From contig JASTWF010000352.1 of the NCBI GenBank assembly GCA_030390025.1, positions 372,001 to 436,000 on the forward strand: a stretch of 64,000 nt of DNA. The letters run 5' to 3'. This DNA is from Squalus acanthias. Lineage: Eukaryota. The notes under the pieces were generated by a model. That model saw only the letters and a list, made by a program, of their open reading frames with translations. It was not told the DNA's origin and did not search any database. Positions 23,750 to 35,939 of the stretch are shown here, one piece after another (position 1 is the stretch's first letter; each line of letters opens with the position of its first letter). Made by a program: the position numbers and the translations under genes.

Positions 23750-25060
23750 CCGGGAGGGGAGGGGAAGATGTGTTTGGTGGTGGGATCACGCTGGAGGTGG
23801 CAGAAATGACAGAGGATGATCAGTTGAATGTGGAGGCTGGTGGGGTGAAAGGTGAGGACAAGGGGAACCCCATCGTGGTTCTGGGAGGGAGGGGAAGGGG
23901 TGAGAGTAGAAGTGCAGGAAATGTCAACCACGGTAGAGGGGAATCCTCGGTTGAGGAAAAGGAAGACATGTCGGAAGCACTAGTATGGAAGATGGCATCA
24001 TCAGAACAGATGTGACAGAGACAGAGAAACTGGGAGAATGGAATAGATTCCTTACAGGAAGCGAGGTGGGAGGACGTGTAGTCTAGGTAGTTGTGGCAGT
24101 CAGTGGTCTTATGGTGGATGTTTGTCGACAGCCTATCCCCAGAAATGGAGACAGAGAAGTCGATGAAGGGAAGAGTCGAAGATGGACCATGTGAAGGTGA
24201 GCATGCGCGGCGCTGAGAAAGCTCCATCGATAGTGGCGCATGCGCGTTGTCAGCATCAACTTAGTGTGGTGGCTGGAGCGCTTTGTGGAGCGCGGGCGCT
24301 TGTGGGTATTGCAGCCGCCATTACTGTTGATCCTTTCAACCAACCTTCCCGTGCAAGTGCAGGAGATGCAACACCTGCCCTTTTACCTCCTCCATTCCCA
24401 CCGTCCAGGGCCCCAAACACTCATTCCAGGTGAAACAGCGATTTACTTGTACTTCTTGCAATTTAGTATACTGTATTCGCTGCTCACGATGCGGTCTCCT
24501 CTACACTGGGGAGACCAAACACAGATTGGGTCACCGCTTTGCAGAACACCTCCGTTCAGTCCGTAAGGGTGACCCCGAGCTTCCGGTCGCCTGTCACTTT
24601 AATTCACCGCTCCACTCCCACTCTGACTTTGGCCTCTTACACTGTTCCAATGAAGCTCAACGTAAGCTCGAGGAACAGCATCTCATCTTTCTATTTGGCA
24701 CTTTACAGCCTCCTAGACTCAACATTGAGTTCAACAATTTCAGACTATAACCTCTGCCCCTATTTTTTCAGGCGGCATCTGTTGATGATTCTGCCACCCC
24801 CATTTGCAACATTTAACCACTCCTGCCTTCCACCCTATCACAGACCGTCCCTTTTGTTCTTTCTCCCCCCCCCCCCTTCCCCTGTCTCTGTACTTGCTTA
24901 AAATCTGTTACATATCCAACTTTTTCCAGTTCTGACGAAGGGTCACAGACCTGAAACGTTGACTCTGTTTCTCTCTCCACGGATGTTGCCTGGCCTGCTG
25001 AGTGTTTCCAGCATTTTCTGTTGTTATTTCAGATTTCCAGCAGCCACAGTATTTTGCTAT
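23750..25060. mobile_element. Penelope-like retroelement, rearranged (RT C-terminus on minus 23750-24190; GIY-YIG and 3' end on plus 24345-25060)
   Basis: Minus: LPFIDFSV..HKTTDCHNYLDYTSSH..SIPFSQFL..ICS. Plus: PCKCRRCNTCP...FTCTSCNLVYCIRCSRCGLLYTGETKHRLGHRFAEH. Confidence 0.88.
24922..24970 (+). ncRNA. Minimal hammerhead ribozyme motif of the Penelope-like element
   Basis: CTGACGA (24932) - stem II GGTC/GACC - GAAAC GTT (24953). Minimal type I hammerheads are an established feature of Penelope-like elements. Confidence 0.65.
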
Positions 25061-25367
25061 TGTATTATTTATATCTTTCCTGAGGTGCGTTGTGTAAAAC
25101 TGAACACAGTACCTGTTGGAAAATAAAGCGCTTCTACAGAGGTTGAGCATTAAACAATGACTGAATGGCTAACGCAGGCACAACCAAGTTAATCTGAGAG
25201 AATACATGCAGCTAGACGCTGATTAACTGAATACTGACCACAGAAAGCACATTCTCCAGCAAAGCCAGATGAAACAGGAAGTTAAGGCGGAAACAGAAGC
25301 AGATGTCACTTGGCAGCAAACTCGGCTCTGACTCTGAAGGTTCTGGGTTCAAATCCAACTGCGAATT

Positions 25368-25685
25368 TCAGCCAATGAGGGAGCTCCGGGCTGGGCCCCG
25401 CCCACTAGGTGCCGCAAGCCCCGCCCCTCCCACACTCCGATTGGTTGGAGGACCCGTCGCCCGCTCGGTCCTCCAGTCCCGCCCCGCTCTTCCTATTGGT
25501 CAGGAGCTCCCGTCAATCACCCGGGCAGTGTGAGCTGAGCATGCGCGGACCTTGGCAGCAGCCGCTGACACATCAGGTGAGAGAGCTCAGGGAGCGGGTT
25601 AATAAACCCCGGGGGGACGCGGGCTGCACACACTCCGAGTGCGGCCCCAGGCCCCATTATTAAAACACTCCACATTATCCGCCTC
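25368..25685 (+). promoter_or_regulatory. Promoter/exon-1 module of ZNF unit 4
   Basis: CCAAT, ATTGG x2, GC boxes, GCATGCGC, donor CAG|GTGAGA (GT at 25577); paralogous to 15068-15332 and 35940-36255. Confidence 0.7.
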
Positions 25686-25755
25686 CCCACAACTACCCGC
25701 CAGTTTAAGACACAAACTCCGGGACAACCAGGAAGTGCTGGGAAATCCCCAGCGA

Positions 25756-26428
25756 GTCAGGGAGCGTCTGTAAATGGAGGAGAAATGGAGACTGGTCAGG
25801 GAGCGTCTGTAAATGGAGGAGAAATGGAGACTGGTCAGGGAGCGTCTGTAAATGGAGGAGAAATTGTTACTGGTCAGGGAGCGTCTGTAAATGGAGGAGA
25901 AATGGAGACTGGTCAGGGAGCGTCTGTAAATGGAGGAGAAGTGGAGACTAGTCAGGGAGTGTCTGTAAATGGAGGGGAAATTGAGAGTGGTCAGGGAGTG
26001 TCTGTAATTGAAGGAGAAATGGAGACTGGTCAGGGAGCGTCTGTAAATGGAGGAGAAATGGAGACTGGTCAGGGAGCGTCTGTAATTGAAGGAGAAATGG
26101 AGACTGGTCAGGGAGCGTCCGTAAATGAAGGAGAAATGGAGACTGGTCAGGGAGCGTCTGTAAATGGAGGAGAAATGGAGACTGGTCAGGGAGCGTCTGT
26201 AAATGAAGGAGAAATGTTGACTGATCAGGGAGTGTCTGTAAATGGAGGAGAAATGCAGACTGGTCAGGGAGCGTCTGTAAATGAGGGAGAAATGTTGACT
26301 GGTCAGGGAGCATCTGTAAATGGAGGAGAAATGCAGACTGGTCAGGGAGCGTCTGTAAATGCAGGTGAAATGGAGACTGGTCAGGGAGCGTCTGTAAATG
26401 AAGGAGAAATGGTGACAGTTCAGGGAGC
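25756..26428 (+). repeat. 39-bp minisatellite (~17 copies)
   Basis: Same unit as 15404-16248, more diverged. Confidence 0.96.
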
Positions 26429-27039
26429 AATAACATCATAAGTATTAAAATAGAAAGGGATTGTCATCTTGGATAAAATAGGAAATCTGAAATTAGATGG
26501 CGCTCCAGGTCCAGATGATATCCACCTAAGGGTGTTTAAAGAGATGGGACGGTGCTCTGTGAGCCCCTTGCCCGTATCTTCACCAGTTCAATAGAGTCAG
26601 GGATTGTTCCCCGAGATTAGAAGGGAGCTCACGTCATTCCCATTTTCAAAACAGGGAGAAGTCAGAGCCAGAGAACTACAGGCCCATCAGTGTGGTCTCG
26701 ATTAGAGGGAAGATGCGTGAAGGGATCCTGAGAGATGCTGTTTATGGTCACTGGGGCAGGGAAGGATCCATTAGAAATACTCACACAGCTTCTGGAAAAG
26801 AAGGTCGCGTCCAACAAACTTGCCTTAGTCGCACGTGGGACTTGCCTGTTTACTCTGCTTGATGGATCAATATAAGATAGGGTAGAGGACAGAGAATCTG
26901 CTCATCTTAAAGTTGTTGATGCTCAACTCTTGGACCTATTAATTAAATAATAAGACAAGGTGTTAGCTGGAATCTAACACCCCACTCCTCTCTGCTCCTC
27001 TACTCCTCTTAAAGTTTTACTATTTAGATTTTTTAATTG

Positions 27040-30000
27040 AATTGTGATGTGGACATCGCGGGCAAGGCCAGCATTTATTGCCCATCCCCAGTTGCCATTG
27101 AGAAGCTGGTCTTGAGCTGCCTTCTTGAATTGCTACAGTCCGTGTGGTGAAGGTGCTCCCACAGTGCTGTTCTATAGGGAGTTCCGGGATTTGGAACCAG
27201 CGACGATGAAGGAACGGTGATATATTTACAAGTCAGGATGGTGTTGTGTAATGAGGAAGGATTAATCCGCAATCTTGTGGTACGAGGCCCCCTGGGGAAG
27301 AGTGACCATAGTATGGTGGAGTTCTACATTAGGATGGAGAAGGAAACAGTTAAGTCAGAGACCATGGTCCAGAACTTAAATAAGGGCAACTTTGAGGGTA
27401 TGAGGCGTGAATTGGCGAGGTTAAATTGGCAAGCGATATTTAAGGGACTATCAGTGGAAGGGCAATGGCAGACATTTAGAGATCGCATGGATGAACTACA
27501 ACAATTGTACATCCCGGTCTGGCGTAAAAATAAAAAAGGGAAGGTGGCTCAACCATGGCTAACAAGGGAAATCAGGGATAGTATTAAAACCAAGGAAGTT
27601 GCATACAAATTGGCCAGAAGTAGCAGCAAACCCGGGGACTGGGAGAACTTCAAAACTCAGCAGAGGAGGACGAAGGGTTTGATTAGGGCAGGGAAAATAA
27701 AATATGAAAGGAAGCTTGCAGAGAACATTAAAATGGACTGCAAAAGCTTCTATAAATATGTAAAAAGAAAGAGGTTAGTAAAAACAAACGTAGGTCCCCT
27801 GCAGTCGGAAACAGGGGAAGTCGTAATGGGGAACAAGGAAATGGCCGATCAATTGAACAAGTACTTTGGTTCGGTGTTTACTATGGAGGACACACACAAC
27901 CTGCCGGAAATAAAAGGGGTCAGAGGATCTGGTAAGAGGGAGGAGCTGAGGGAAATCCTTATTAGTCGGGAAAAGGTATTGGGGAAATTGATGGGACTGA
28001 AGGCTGAAAAATCCCCGGGGCCTGATGGTCTGCATCCCAGAGTACTTAAGGAGGTGGCCTTGGAAATAGTGGATGCATTGACGATCATTTTCCAACATTC
28101 CTTAGACTCTGGATCAGTTCCGATGGAGTGGAGGGTGGCCAATGTAACCCCTCTTTTTAAAAAAGGAGGGAGGGAGAAAGCAGGGAATTATAGACCGGTC
28201 AGCCTGACATCGGTCATGGGTAAAATGATGGAAGCAATTATTAAAGATGTCATAACAGACCATTTGGAAAGTGGCGACATGATAGGTCCAAGTCAGCATG
28301 GATTTGTGAAAGGGAAATCATGCTTGACAAATCTTCAGGAATTTTTTGAGGATGTTTCCAATAGGGTGGACAGGGGGGAACCAGTAGATGTGGTGTATTT
28401 GGACTTTCAGAAGGCCTTCGACAAGGTCCCACACAAGAGATTGGTGTGCAAAGTTAAAGCACATGGGATTGGGGGTAATGTGTTGACGTGGATTGAGAAC
28501 TGGTTGGCACACAGGAAACAAAGAGTAGGAGTAAATGGGTACTTTTCAGAATGGCAGGCAGTGACCAGCGGGGTACCGCAGGGTTCGGTGCTGGGACCCC
28601 AGCTGTTTACATTATATATTAATGATTTGGACGAAGGGATTAAATGTAATATCTCCAAATTTGCGGATGACACTAAATTGGGAGGCAGTGTGAACAATGA
28701 GGAGGATGCTAGGAGGCTACGGAGTGACTTGGACAGGTTGGGTGAATGGGCAAATGTATGGCAGATGAAGTACAATGTGGATAAATGTGAGGTTATCCAC
28801 TTTGGTGGTAAAAATAGAGAGGCAGACTATTACCTGAATGGTGGCAGATTAGGGAAAGGGGAGGTGCAATGAGACCTGGGCGTCATGGTACATCAGTCAC
28901 TGAAGGTGGGAATGCAAGTGCAGCAGGCAGTCAAGAAAGCAAACGGAATGATGGCCTTCATAGTAAGGGGATTTGAGTCCAGGAGTAGGGAGGTGATGCT
29001 GCAGTTGTACAGGGCCTTGGTGAGGCCACACCTGGAGTATTGTGCGCAGTTTTGGTCTCCTAACTTAAGGAAGGACATTCTTGCTATTGAGGGAGTGCAG
29101 CGAAGGTTCACTAGATTGATTCCTGGGATGGCCGGACTGACATATCAAGAAAGATTGGGTCAACTGAACTTGTATCCTCTGGAGTTCAGAAGAATGAGGG
29201 GGGATCTTATAGAGACATTTAAAATCCTGACTGGTTTTGACAAATTAGATGCGGGCAGAATGTTCCCAATGTTAGGGAAAACTAGAACCAGGGGTCACAG
29301 TCTAAGGATAAAGGGGGAAGCCATTTAAGACTGAGCTGAGGAGGAACTTCTTCACCCAGAGAGTGGTGAATCTATGGAATTCTCTTCCACAGAAGGTTGT
29401 TGAGGCCAGTTCGCTAAATATATTCAAAAGGGAGTTAGATATAACACTCACAACTAGGGGGATCAAGGGGTATGGCGAGAAAGCAGGAATGGGGTACTGA
29501 GGTAGCATGTTCAGCCATGAACGCATTGAATGGCGGTGCAGGCTCGAAGGACCAAATGGTCTACTCCTGTACCTATTTTCTATGTTTCTATGTTTCTATG
29601 TGTGTGTAACTTGGAGGGGAACTTGCAGGTGGTGGTGTTCCCATGTGCCTGCTGTCCTTGTCCTTCTAGGTGGAAGAGGTCGCGGGTTTGGGGGGTGCTG
29701 CCGAAGAAGCCTTGGTGAGTTGCTGCAGTGCATCATGTAGATGGTACACCCTGCAGCCACAGTACGCCGGTGGTGGAGGGAGTGAATGTTGAAGGTGGTG
29801 GATGGGGGGCCGATCATGCGGGCTGCTTTGTCCTGAATGGTGTCGAGCCTCTTGAGTGCTGTTGGAGCTGCACTCATCCAGGCAAGTGGAGAGTATTTCT
29901 ATCAGACTCCTGACTTGTGCCTTGTAGATGTGGAAAGGCTTTGGGGAGTCAGGAGGTGAGACACGCGCCGCAGAATACCCAGCTTCTGACCTCCTCTTGT

Positions 30001-30830
30001 AGCCACAGTATTTATGTGGCTGGTCCAGTTAAGTTTCTGGTCAATGGTAACCCCCAGAATGTTGATGGTGGGGGATTCGGCGATGGTAATGCCATTGAAT
30101 GTCAAGGGTCAGTGGTTAGACTCTCTCTTGTTGGAGATAGTCAATGCCTGGCACTTGTGTGGCGCGAATGTTACTTGCCACTTATCAGCTCAAGCCTGAA
30201 TGTCATCTAAGTCTTGCTGCATGCGGGCACGGACTACTTCATTATCTGAGGAGTTGTCAATGGAATTGATCACTGTGCAATCATCAGCGAACATCCCCAC
30301 TTCTGACCTTATGGTAAAGGAAGGACATTGGTGAAACAGCTGAAGATGGTTAAGCCTCGGACACTGCCTTGAGGCACTCCTGCAGCGATGTCCTGGGGCT
30401 GAGATGATTGACCTCCAACAATCACAACTATCTTCCTTTGTGCTAGGTATGACTCCAGCCAGTGGAGCGTTTTCCGCCTGTTTCCCATTGACTTCATTTT
30501 TACTAGGGCTCCTTGATGCCACACTCGGTCAAATGCTGTCTTGATGTCAAGAGCAGTCACTCTCACCTCACCTCTGGAATTCAGCTCTTTTGTCCATGTT
30601 TGGACCAAGTCTGTAATGATGTCTGGAGCCGAGCGGTCATGGTGGAACCCAAACTGAACATCAGTGAGCAGGTTATTGGTGAGTAAGTGCTGCTTGACAG
30701 CACTGTCGACGACACCTTCCATCACTTTGCTGATGATTGAGAGTAGAGTGATGGGGCAGTAATTGGCCGGATTGGATTTGTCCTGCTTTTTGTGGACAGG
30801 ACATACCTGGGAAATTTTCCACATTGTCTA
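27040..30830 (-). mobile_element. L2/Crack-like LINE (RT to 3' end) split by a nested CR1
   Basis: NYCPITLLS, ALDIKTAFDRVWH, GVPQG, MFADD and ILGVTID motifs at 29600-30830; the 3' end continues at 27040-27250. Confidence 0.85.
27250..29600 (+). mobile_element. CR1 LINE (endonuclease end, RT, 3' tail) nested in the L2-like element
   Basis: SDH, full RT motif set, stop at 28870, tail TTCTATGTTTCTATGTTTCTATG; TGTGTAA occurs at both junctions (TSD-like). Confidence 0.95.
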
Positions 30831-31021
30831 AAGTCTCCTCCTTTGTCTCGGTGTCAGTTTTTGACTGATTCCGCTCTTGTGAAGCACCTTGGAACGTTTT
30901 ACTGTGTTCTAGGCGCTGTGTAAATGTAAGTTGTTGTTGCTGTGCTACCATTGGCCTCAGCTTTTCCAGACAGGATCAGCCAGGGCCGGCGGCTGTGCTG
31001 CTCCCCATGGTCGAATGTTGG

Positions 31022-31302
31022 CAGCACCTTCAGTCGAGGATCGCAGCTCAGAATTAGCAATGTACTGGAGGGCAGACAGTGACTGGGGCCGAACCCCACC
31101 ATCACACAGCACGTTCAGTATAGGATCGCAGCTCAGAATTACCACTTGGTGAGGTACTGGAGGGCAGACAGTGACTGGGGCCGAACCCCACCATCACACA
31201 GCACCTTCAGTATAGGATCGCAGCTCAGAATTACCAATTGGTGAGGTACTGGAGGGCAGACAGTGACTGGGACCGAACCCCACCATCACACAGCACCTTC
31301 AG
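31022..31302 (+). repeat. ~85-92-bp tandem repeat, 3 copies
   Basis: CAGCACCTTCAGT..AGGATCGCAGCTCAGAATTA...GTACTGGAGGGCAGACAGTGACTGGGGCCGAACCCCACCATCACA recurs. Confidence 0.92.
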
Positions 31303-31304
31303 AA

Positions 31305-32698
31305 GTGAAATACAGACCTATTAGCCTCACATCAGTAGTTAGGAAAATGCTGGAATCTATTATAAAGGATGCAATAACTGGGCACTTAGAAACTAATAGT
31401 AAGATTGGGCAGAGTCAGCATGGATTTATGAAAGGGAAATCCTGTTTGACAAACCTATTGGAGTTCTTTGAGGATGTGACTAGTGGAGTAGACAAAGGGG
31501 AACCAGTAGATGTGGTGTATCTGGATTTTCAGAAGGCCTTCGATAAGGTCCCACACAAGAGGTTGGTGAACAAAATTAGGGCACATGGAATTGGGGGTAA
31601 TATACTAGCATGGATTGAGAATTGGTTAACAGACAGAAAACAAAGAGTAGGGATAAACGGGTCTTTTTCAGGATGGCAGGCTGTGACTAGTGGGGTACCG
31701 CAAGGATCGGTGCTTGGGCCCCAGCTATTCACAATCTATATCAATGATTTGGATGATGGGACTAAATGTAACATTTCCAAATTTGCTGATGACACAAAGC
31801 TAGGTGACAGTGTCAGTTGCGAAGAGGATGTGAAGAGGCTTCAAGGGGATCTCGACAGGCTCAGTGAGTGGGCGAGAACATCGCAGATGGATTATAATGT
31901 GGATAAATGTGAAGTTATCCACTTTGGTAGAAAAAACAGAAAGGCAGAGTATTTCCTCAATGGTGAAAGATTGAATGGGAATGCAGATGCTCAAAGGGAC
32001 CTGGGTGTCCTTGTACATGAGTCACTGAAAGTGAATGTGCTGGTGCAGCAAGCCATTAGGAAGGCAAATGGTATGCTGGCCTTCATTACAAGAGGATTTG
32101 AGTACAGGAGTAAAGAAGTCTTACTCCAATTATATTGTGCCTTGGTGAGACTACACCTGGAGTACTGTGTACAATTTTGGTCTCCTTACCTAAGGAAGGA
32201 TATACTTGCCACGGAGGGAGTGCAATGAAGGTTCAAGAGATGGATTCCTGGGATGGCGGGACTGCCATATGAGAAGAGATTGAGTAAACTAGGCCTGTAT
32301 TCTCTTGAATTCAGAAGAATGAGAGGGGATCTCATTGAAGCATAAAAAATTATTACAGGGCTTGATCGGGTGGATGCTGGGAGAATGTTTCCCTTGACTG
32401 GGGAGTCCAGAACCAGGGGCCACAGCCTCAGCATTCAGGACTGAGATGAGAAGAAATTTCTTCACACAGAGGGTGGTGAATCTTTGGAATTCTCTACCCC
32501 AGAGGGCTGTGGAGCCTCAGTCATTGGGTATATTCAAAACAGAAGTCGATAGATTTCTGACTAGTAAGGGCATCAAGGGATATGGCGATAGGGCCGGTGA
32601 ATGGAGTTGAGGCAGAAGATCAGCCATGAACTCATTGAATGGCAGAGCAGGCTCGAAGGGCCGAATGGTTGACTCCTGCTCCTATTTCTTATGTTCTT
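31305..32698 (+). mobile_element. 5'-truncated CR1 LINE
   Basis: YRPISLTS through KFADD to LEYCVQFWSP, with later stops; 3' tail TTCTTATGTTCTTA. Confidence 0.94.
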
Positions 32699-32864
32699 AA
32701 ATGGAGGAAAGTCCGAGCCTGCGATAAATGGGGATTTCAAACAGCGAGGATGAGGCGATGAGAGAGTGTGTGGGACGAGGGTTTGAAAGCTCAGGAGGGG
32801 CAAGAGAGGAAAGAATGTTCCAGGGAAACGAGTACTGTCTGTTGAGAATTTCTACCCTGTACGT

Positions 32865-33318
32865 AACTCGATGTAAAGTTATGAGGACAGGTTGCACAGA
32901 CGAGGCTTGTATTCCCTTGAATATTGAAGATTAAGGGGTGATCTGATTGAGGTGTTTAAGATGATTAAAGGAGTTGATGGGGTAGATCGAGAGAAACGAT
33001 TTCCTCTGATGGGAGAGTCCACAACAAGGGGACAGAACCTTCCAATCAGAGCTCGGCCATTCAGGGGTGATTTTCAGGAAGCACATCTTCACACAAAGGG
33101 TATTGGAAATCTGGAACTCTCTCCCCCAAAAAACTGTTGAGGCTGAGGGGCAATTGAAAATTTCAAAACTGAGTGTGCGAGATTTTTGTTAGTCAAGAGT
33201 ACTAAAGGTTACAGAACCAAGGCGGGTAAATGGAGTTAAGATACAGACCAGCCATGATCTAATAGAATGGGGGAACAGGCCTGAGGGGCTGAATGGCCTT
33301 CTCCTGTTCCTAGGTTGC
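32865..33318 (+). mobile_element. Short CR1 3' fragment just upstream of the unit 4 acceptor
   Basis: RLRGDLIEVFK-type C-terminus and CR1 3'UTR interrupt the conserved intron 3' sequence seen intact at 17515-17604. Confidence 0.8.
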
Positions 33319-33682
33319 TAACAACAGTGATGACATTTGTAAACTCCTTTTACAGGGTGTTAGAAGGGGAGGATATTCAGACAGGAAACTCAAACCAAAC
33401 ATCACGTCAAGATCTGACAGAGTCACTCGATTCATCAGGGCTGAATATCATCAGCCTTTGAATGTGGAAGGTGAAATGTTTGTCTGTTCTGTCTGTGGGA
33501 AAAGATTTCAAACATCAGTGTGACTGGAAAAGCACCGAGACACACACACCCGAGTGAGAGTGTTCCAGTGCACTGACTGTGGAAAGAGCTTTAACCAGTT
33601 ACACAGCCTGAAAAAACATCGCACAATTCACAGCGGGGAGAAACCGTACACGTGTTATGTGTGTGGACGAGGCTTCAACTGA

Positions 33683-34729
33683 ATGTCCAACCAGGAAAGA
33701 CACAAGGACACCCTCACCATGGAGAAACCTTGGAAATGTGGGGACTGTGGGAAGGGATTCAATTCCCCGTCCAAGCTGGAAACCCATCGGCGCAGTCACA
33801 CCAGGGAGAGGCCGTTCACCTGCTCCGTGTGTGGGATGGGATTTGCTCAGTCAGCCCACCTGCTGAGACACCAGCGAGTTCACACTGGGGAGAGGCCGTT
33901 CACCTGCTCCGTGTGTGGGAAGGGATTTAATCAGTTATCCATTCTGCTGAAACACCAACTTGTTCACTCTGATAAGAAACCTTTTAAATGTTCTAAGTGT
34001 GAGCTGAGCTTTAAAAGCGCAAGTGGTCTGCGGTGTCACCAACACACTCACACCGGAGAGAGGCCATTCACCTGCTCCGAGTGTGGAAAGGGATTCACTA
34101 ATTCATCCCACCTGCTGATACACCAGCGAGTTCACTCTGATGAGAGACCTTTTAAATGCCCGGACTGCGGGAAATGCTTTAAAATTTCCAGGGAACTGAC
34201 ATGCCATCAACGTGTTCACACTGATGAGAGGCCGTTCAAGTGCTCTCACTGTGGTTCTGGGTTCAGGCAGTCATTTCACCTCACTGTACATCAGCGCACT
34301 CACACTGGAGAGAGGCCGTTCACCTGCTCAGTGTGTGGGAAGGGATTCTCTCAGCCATCCCACCTCACTGAGCACCAACTTGTACACACTGATGAGAGAC
34401 CTTTTAAATGTTCTGACTGTGAGAAGAGATTTAAAAGCAAAAGGAAACTGATGCAGCACCAACGCACTCACACTGGGGATTGGCTGTTCACCTGCTCCGT
34501 GTGTGGGAAGGGATTCCCTCTGTCATCCCAACTGGTGAGACACCAGCGAGTTCACACTGGGGAGAGGCCGTTCACCTGCTCCGTGTGTGGGAAGGGATTC
34601 ACTCAGTCATCCAACCTGCTGAGACACCAGCGAGTTCACACTGGGAAGAGGCCGTTCACCTGCTCCGTGTGTGGGAAGGGCTTCACTCAGTCATCCAACC
34701 TGCTGAGACACCAGCGAGTTCACAAGTGA
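33683..34729 (+). CDS. Tandem C2H2 zinc-finger protein with 12 fingers (unit 4); likely start ATG 33719 (MEKPWKC) or 33683
   Basis: Uninterrupted ORF with canonical TGERPF linkers; CACCATGG Kozak context at 33719; AATAAA at ~34875; acceptor ends at 33355. Confidence 0.88.
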   Translation: MSNQERHKDTLTMEKPWKCGDCGKGFNSPSKLETHRRSHTRERPFTCSVCGMGFAQSAHLLRHQRVHTGERPFTCSVCGKGFNQLSILLKHQLVHSDKKPFKCSKCELSFKSASGLRCHQHTHTGERPFTCSECGKGFTNSSHLLIHQRVHSDERPFKCPDCGKCFKISRELTCHQRVHTDERPFKCSHCGSGFRQSFHLTVHQRTHTGERPFTCSVCGKGFSQPSHLTEHQLVHTDERPFKCSDCEKRFKSKRKLMQHQRTHTGDWLFTCSVCGKGFPLSSQLVRHQRVHTGERPFTCSVCGKGFTQSSNLLRHQRVHTGKRPFTCSVCGKGFTQSSNLLRHQRVHK

Positions 34730-35939
34730 CTGCAGGGGTTGGATTCTGCTGTTATTGCTGCTGTTAATCACATCCAGGACTGAACCATGTTCATTCTGAC
34801 AGTTGGGGTTTGTTTCTGCTGATGTTAAACTCCAGCCCAGTTATTGGGGTTATTAATATTCTGGATATATGTCAAATAAATCAGTTTTGTTTAAAACACA
34901 TTGCTGTAGATTTTCATCTTTCCCACCTGAGTGTTTAGCATCACCTGGCTGGAGCTCAGAAAGGACAATCTGGGGGAGGATCGTACGGCGGGAACAGAAC
35001 TTGAGCCTGGACACAGTCCTTCAGGGCCACACTGAGAGGGGCAAACGGTACTTTGGTCTTTCTCGTCTCTCTTCACTGACAGCAAAGTCCCTGTGTGGGT
35101 TAATCTCGAGGCCTGTAAGAAACGTGTCCCAGCCGCTCTCTCCCATGGGTCAGAGCTCCTGGGCACGGAACAGAAGGCTCCTTTACAACTGTGTTTAGAG
35201 TCAGGAAGAACAACGGTGAATGCTGGAAACGTGCTGTCAAATCAGAGATTGGTGTCAAACTGCGATCTGTTCCTGACTGAAAGTGAAACAGCAGGGTTAA
35301 GTTTCCAGTCTAAAGATGACTGGTAATTATTCTATGTAGATTTAACGTGTTTGTCTGATAGTCCTGCGTCTACCATTTTAAGGCAGGCATTAACCCATTT
35401 AAAATACACCCTTTGAAAATAAATTGGTTAAAGTCCACGTTAAAATAGCAGAGGGAGGAGTTCACAGGAGCCTGTTAACTGCTGGTACAATTATACAACA
35501 GACATTTGATCTCCAGATAAAGAAGGACCTGCAGCGTGTTTCCAGGAATTCCCTGCTTTATTGATGTGTGTGTGTGTTAGTCACCAGGATAACTAAAAAT
35601 ACACGACCTGGAACATCCACGGGGTGCGATCCCGACAGTTACTCTGGGATCACTCCCGCTGTGGAACTCCACCACTGACCATGCTGAAGGTTGTCGGCTC
35701 AGGGAGTGGGGCCTCCAGGAGTGGACGGTAAGAAAGCTAGGCTTCAGTAACCTGACAAATATATTTTGAGGAACCAGAGGAATCCTTACTAAGGAACCGT
35801 GTGGGGATTTACCGGCCAGCGTAGGTCTAAGGATGAATGATATCTGACTCCCCGAACTGTCTCACATTAACGCCATCACAGAAAGGTCCAGTTTCCTCCT
35901 GGAGTTTGAGAGAAATCAGGTTTCAAAATGATGCAGAGT

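Noticed and set aside
34730..34880. SECIS element that would make the leader UGAs selenocysteine
   Set aside because: I could not find a convincing AUGA/GA quartet with an apical AA loop by eye, and the UGAs align to helix positions rather than Cys positions. SECISearch would settle it.
35346..35756. Possible solo LTR (TGT...TGACA) in the duplicated flank
   Set aside because: No TSD, PBS or PPT could be established, so support is too weak.
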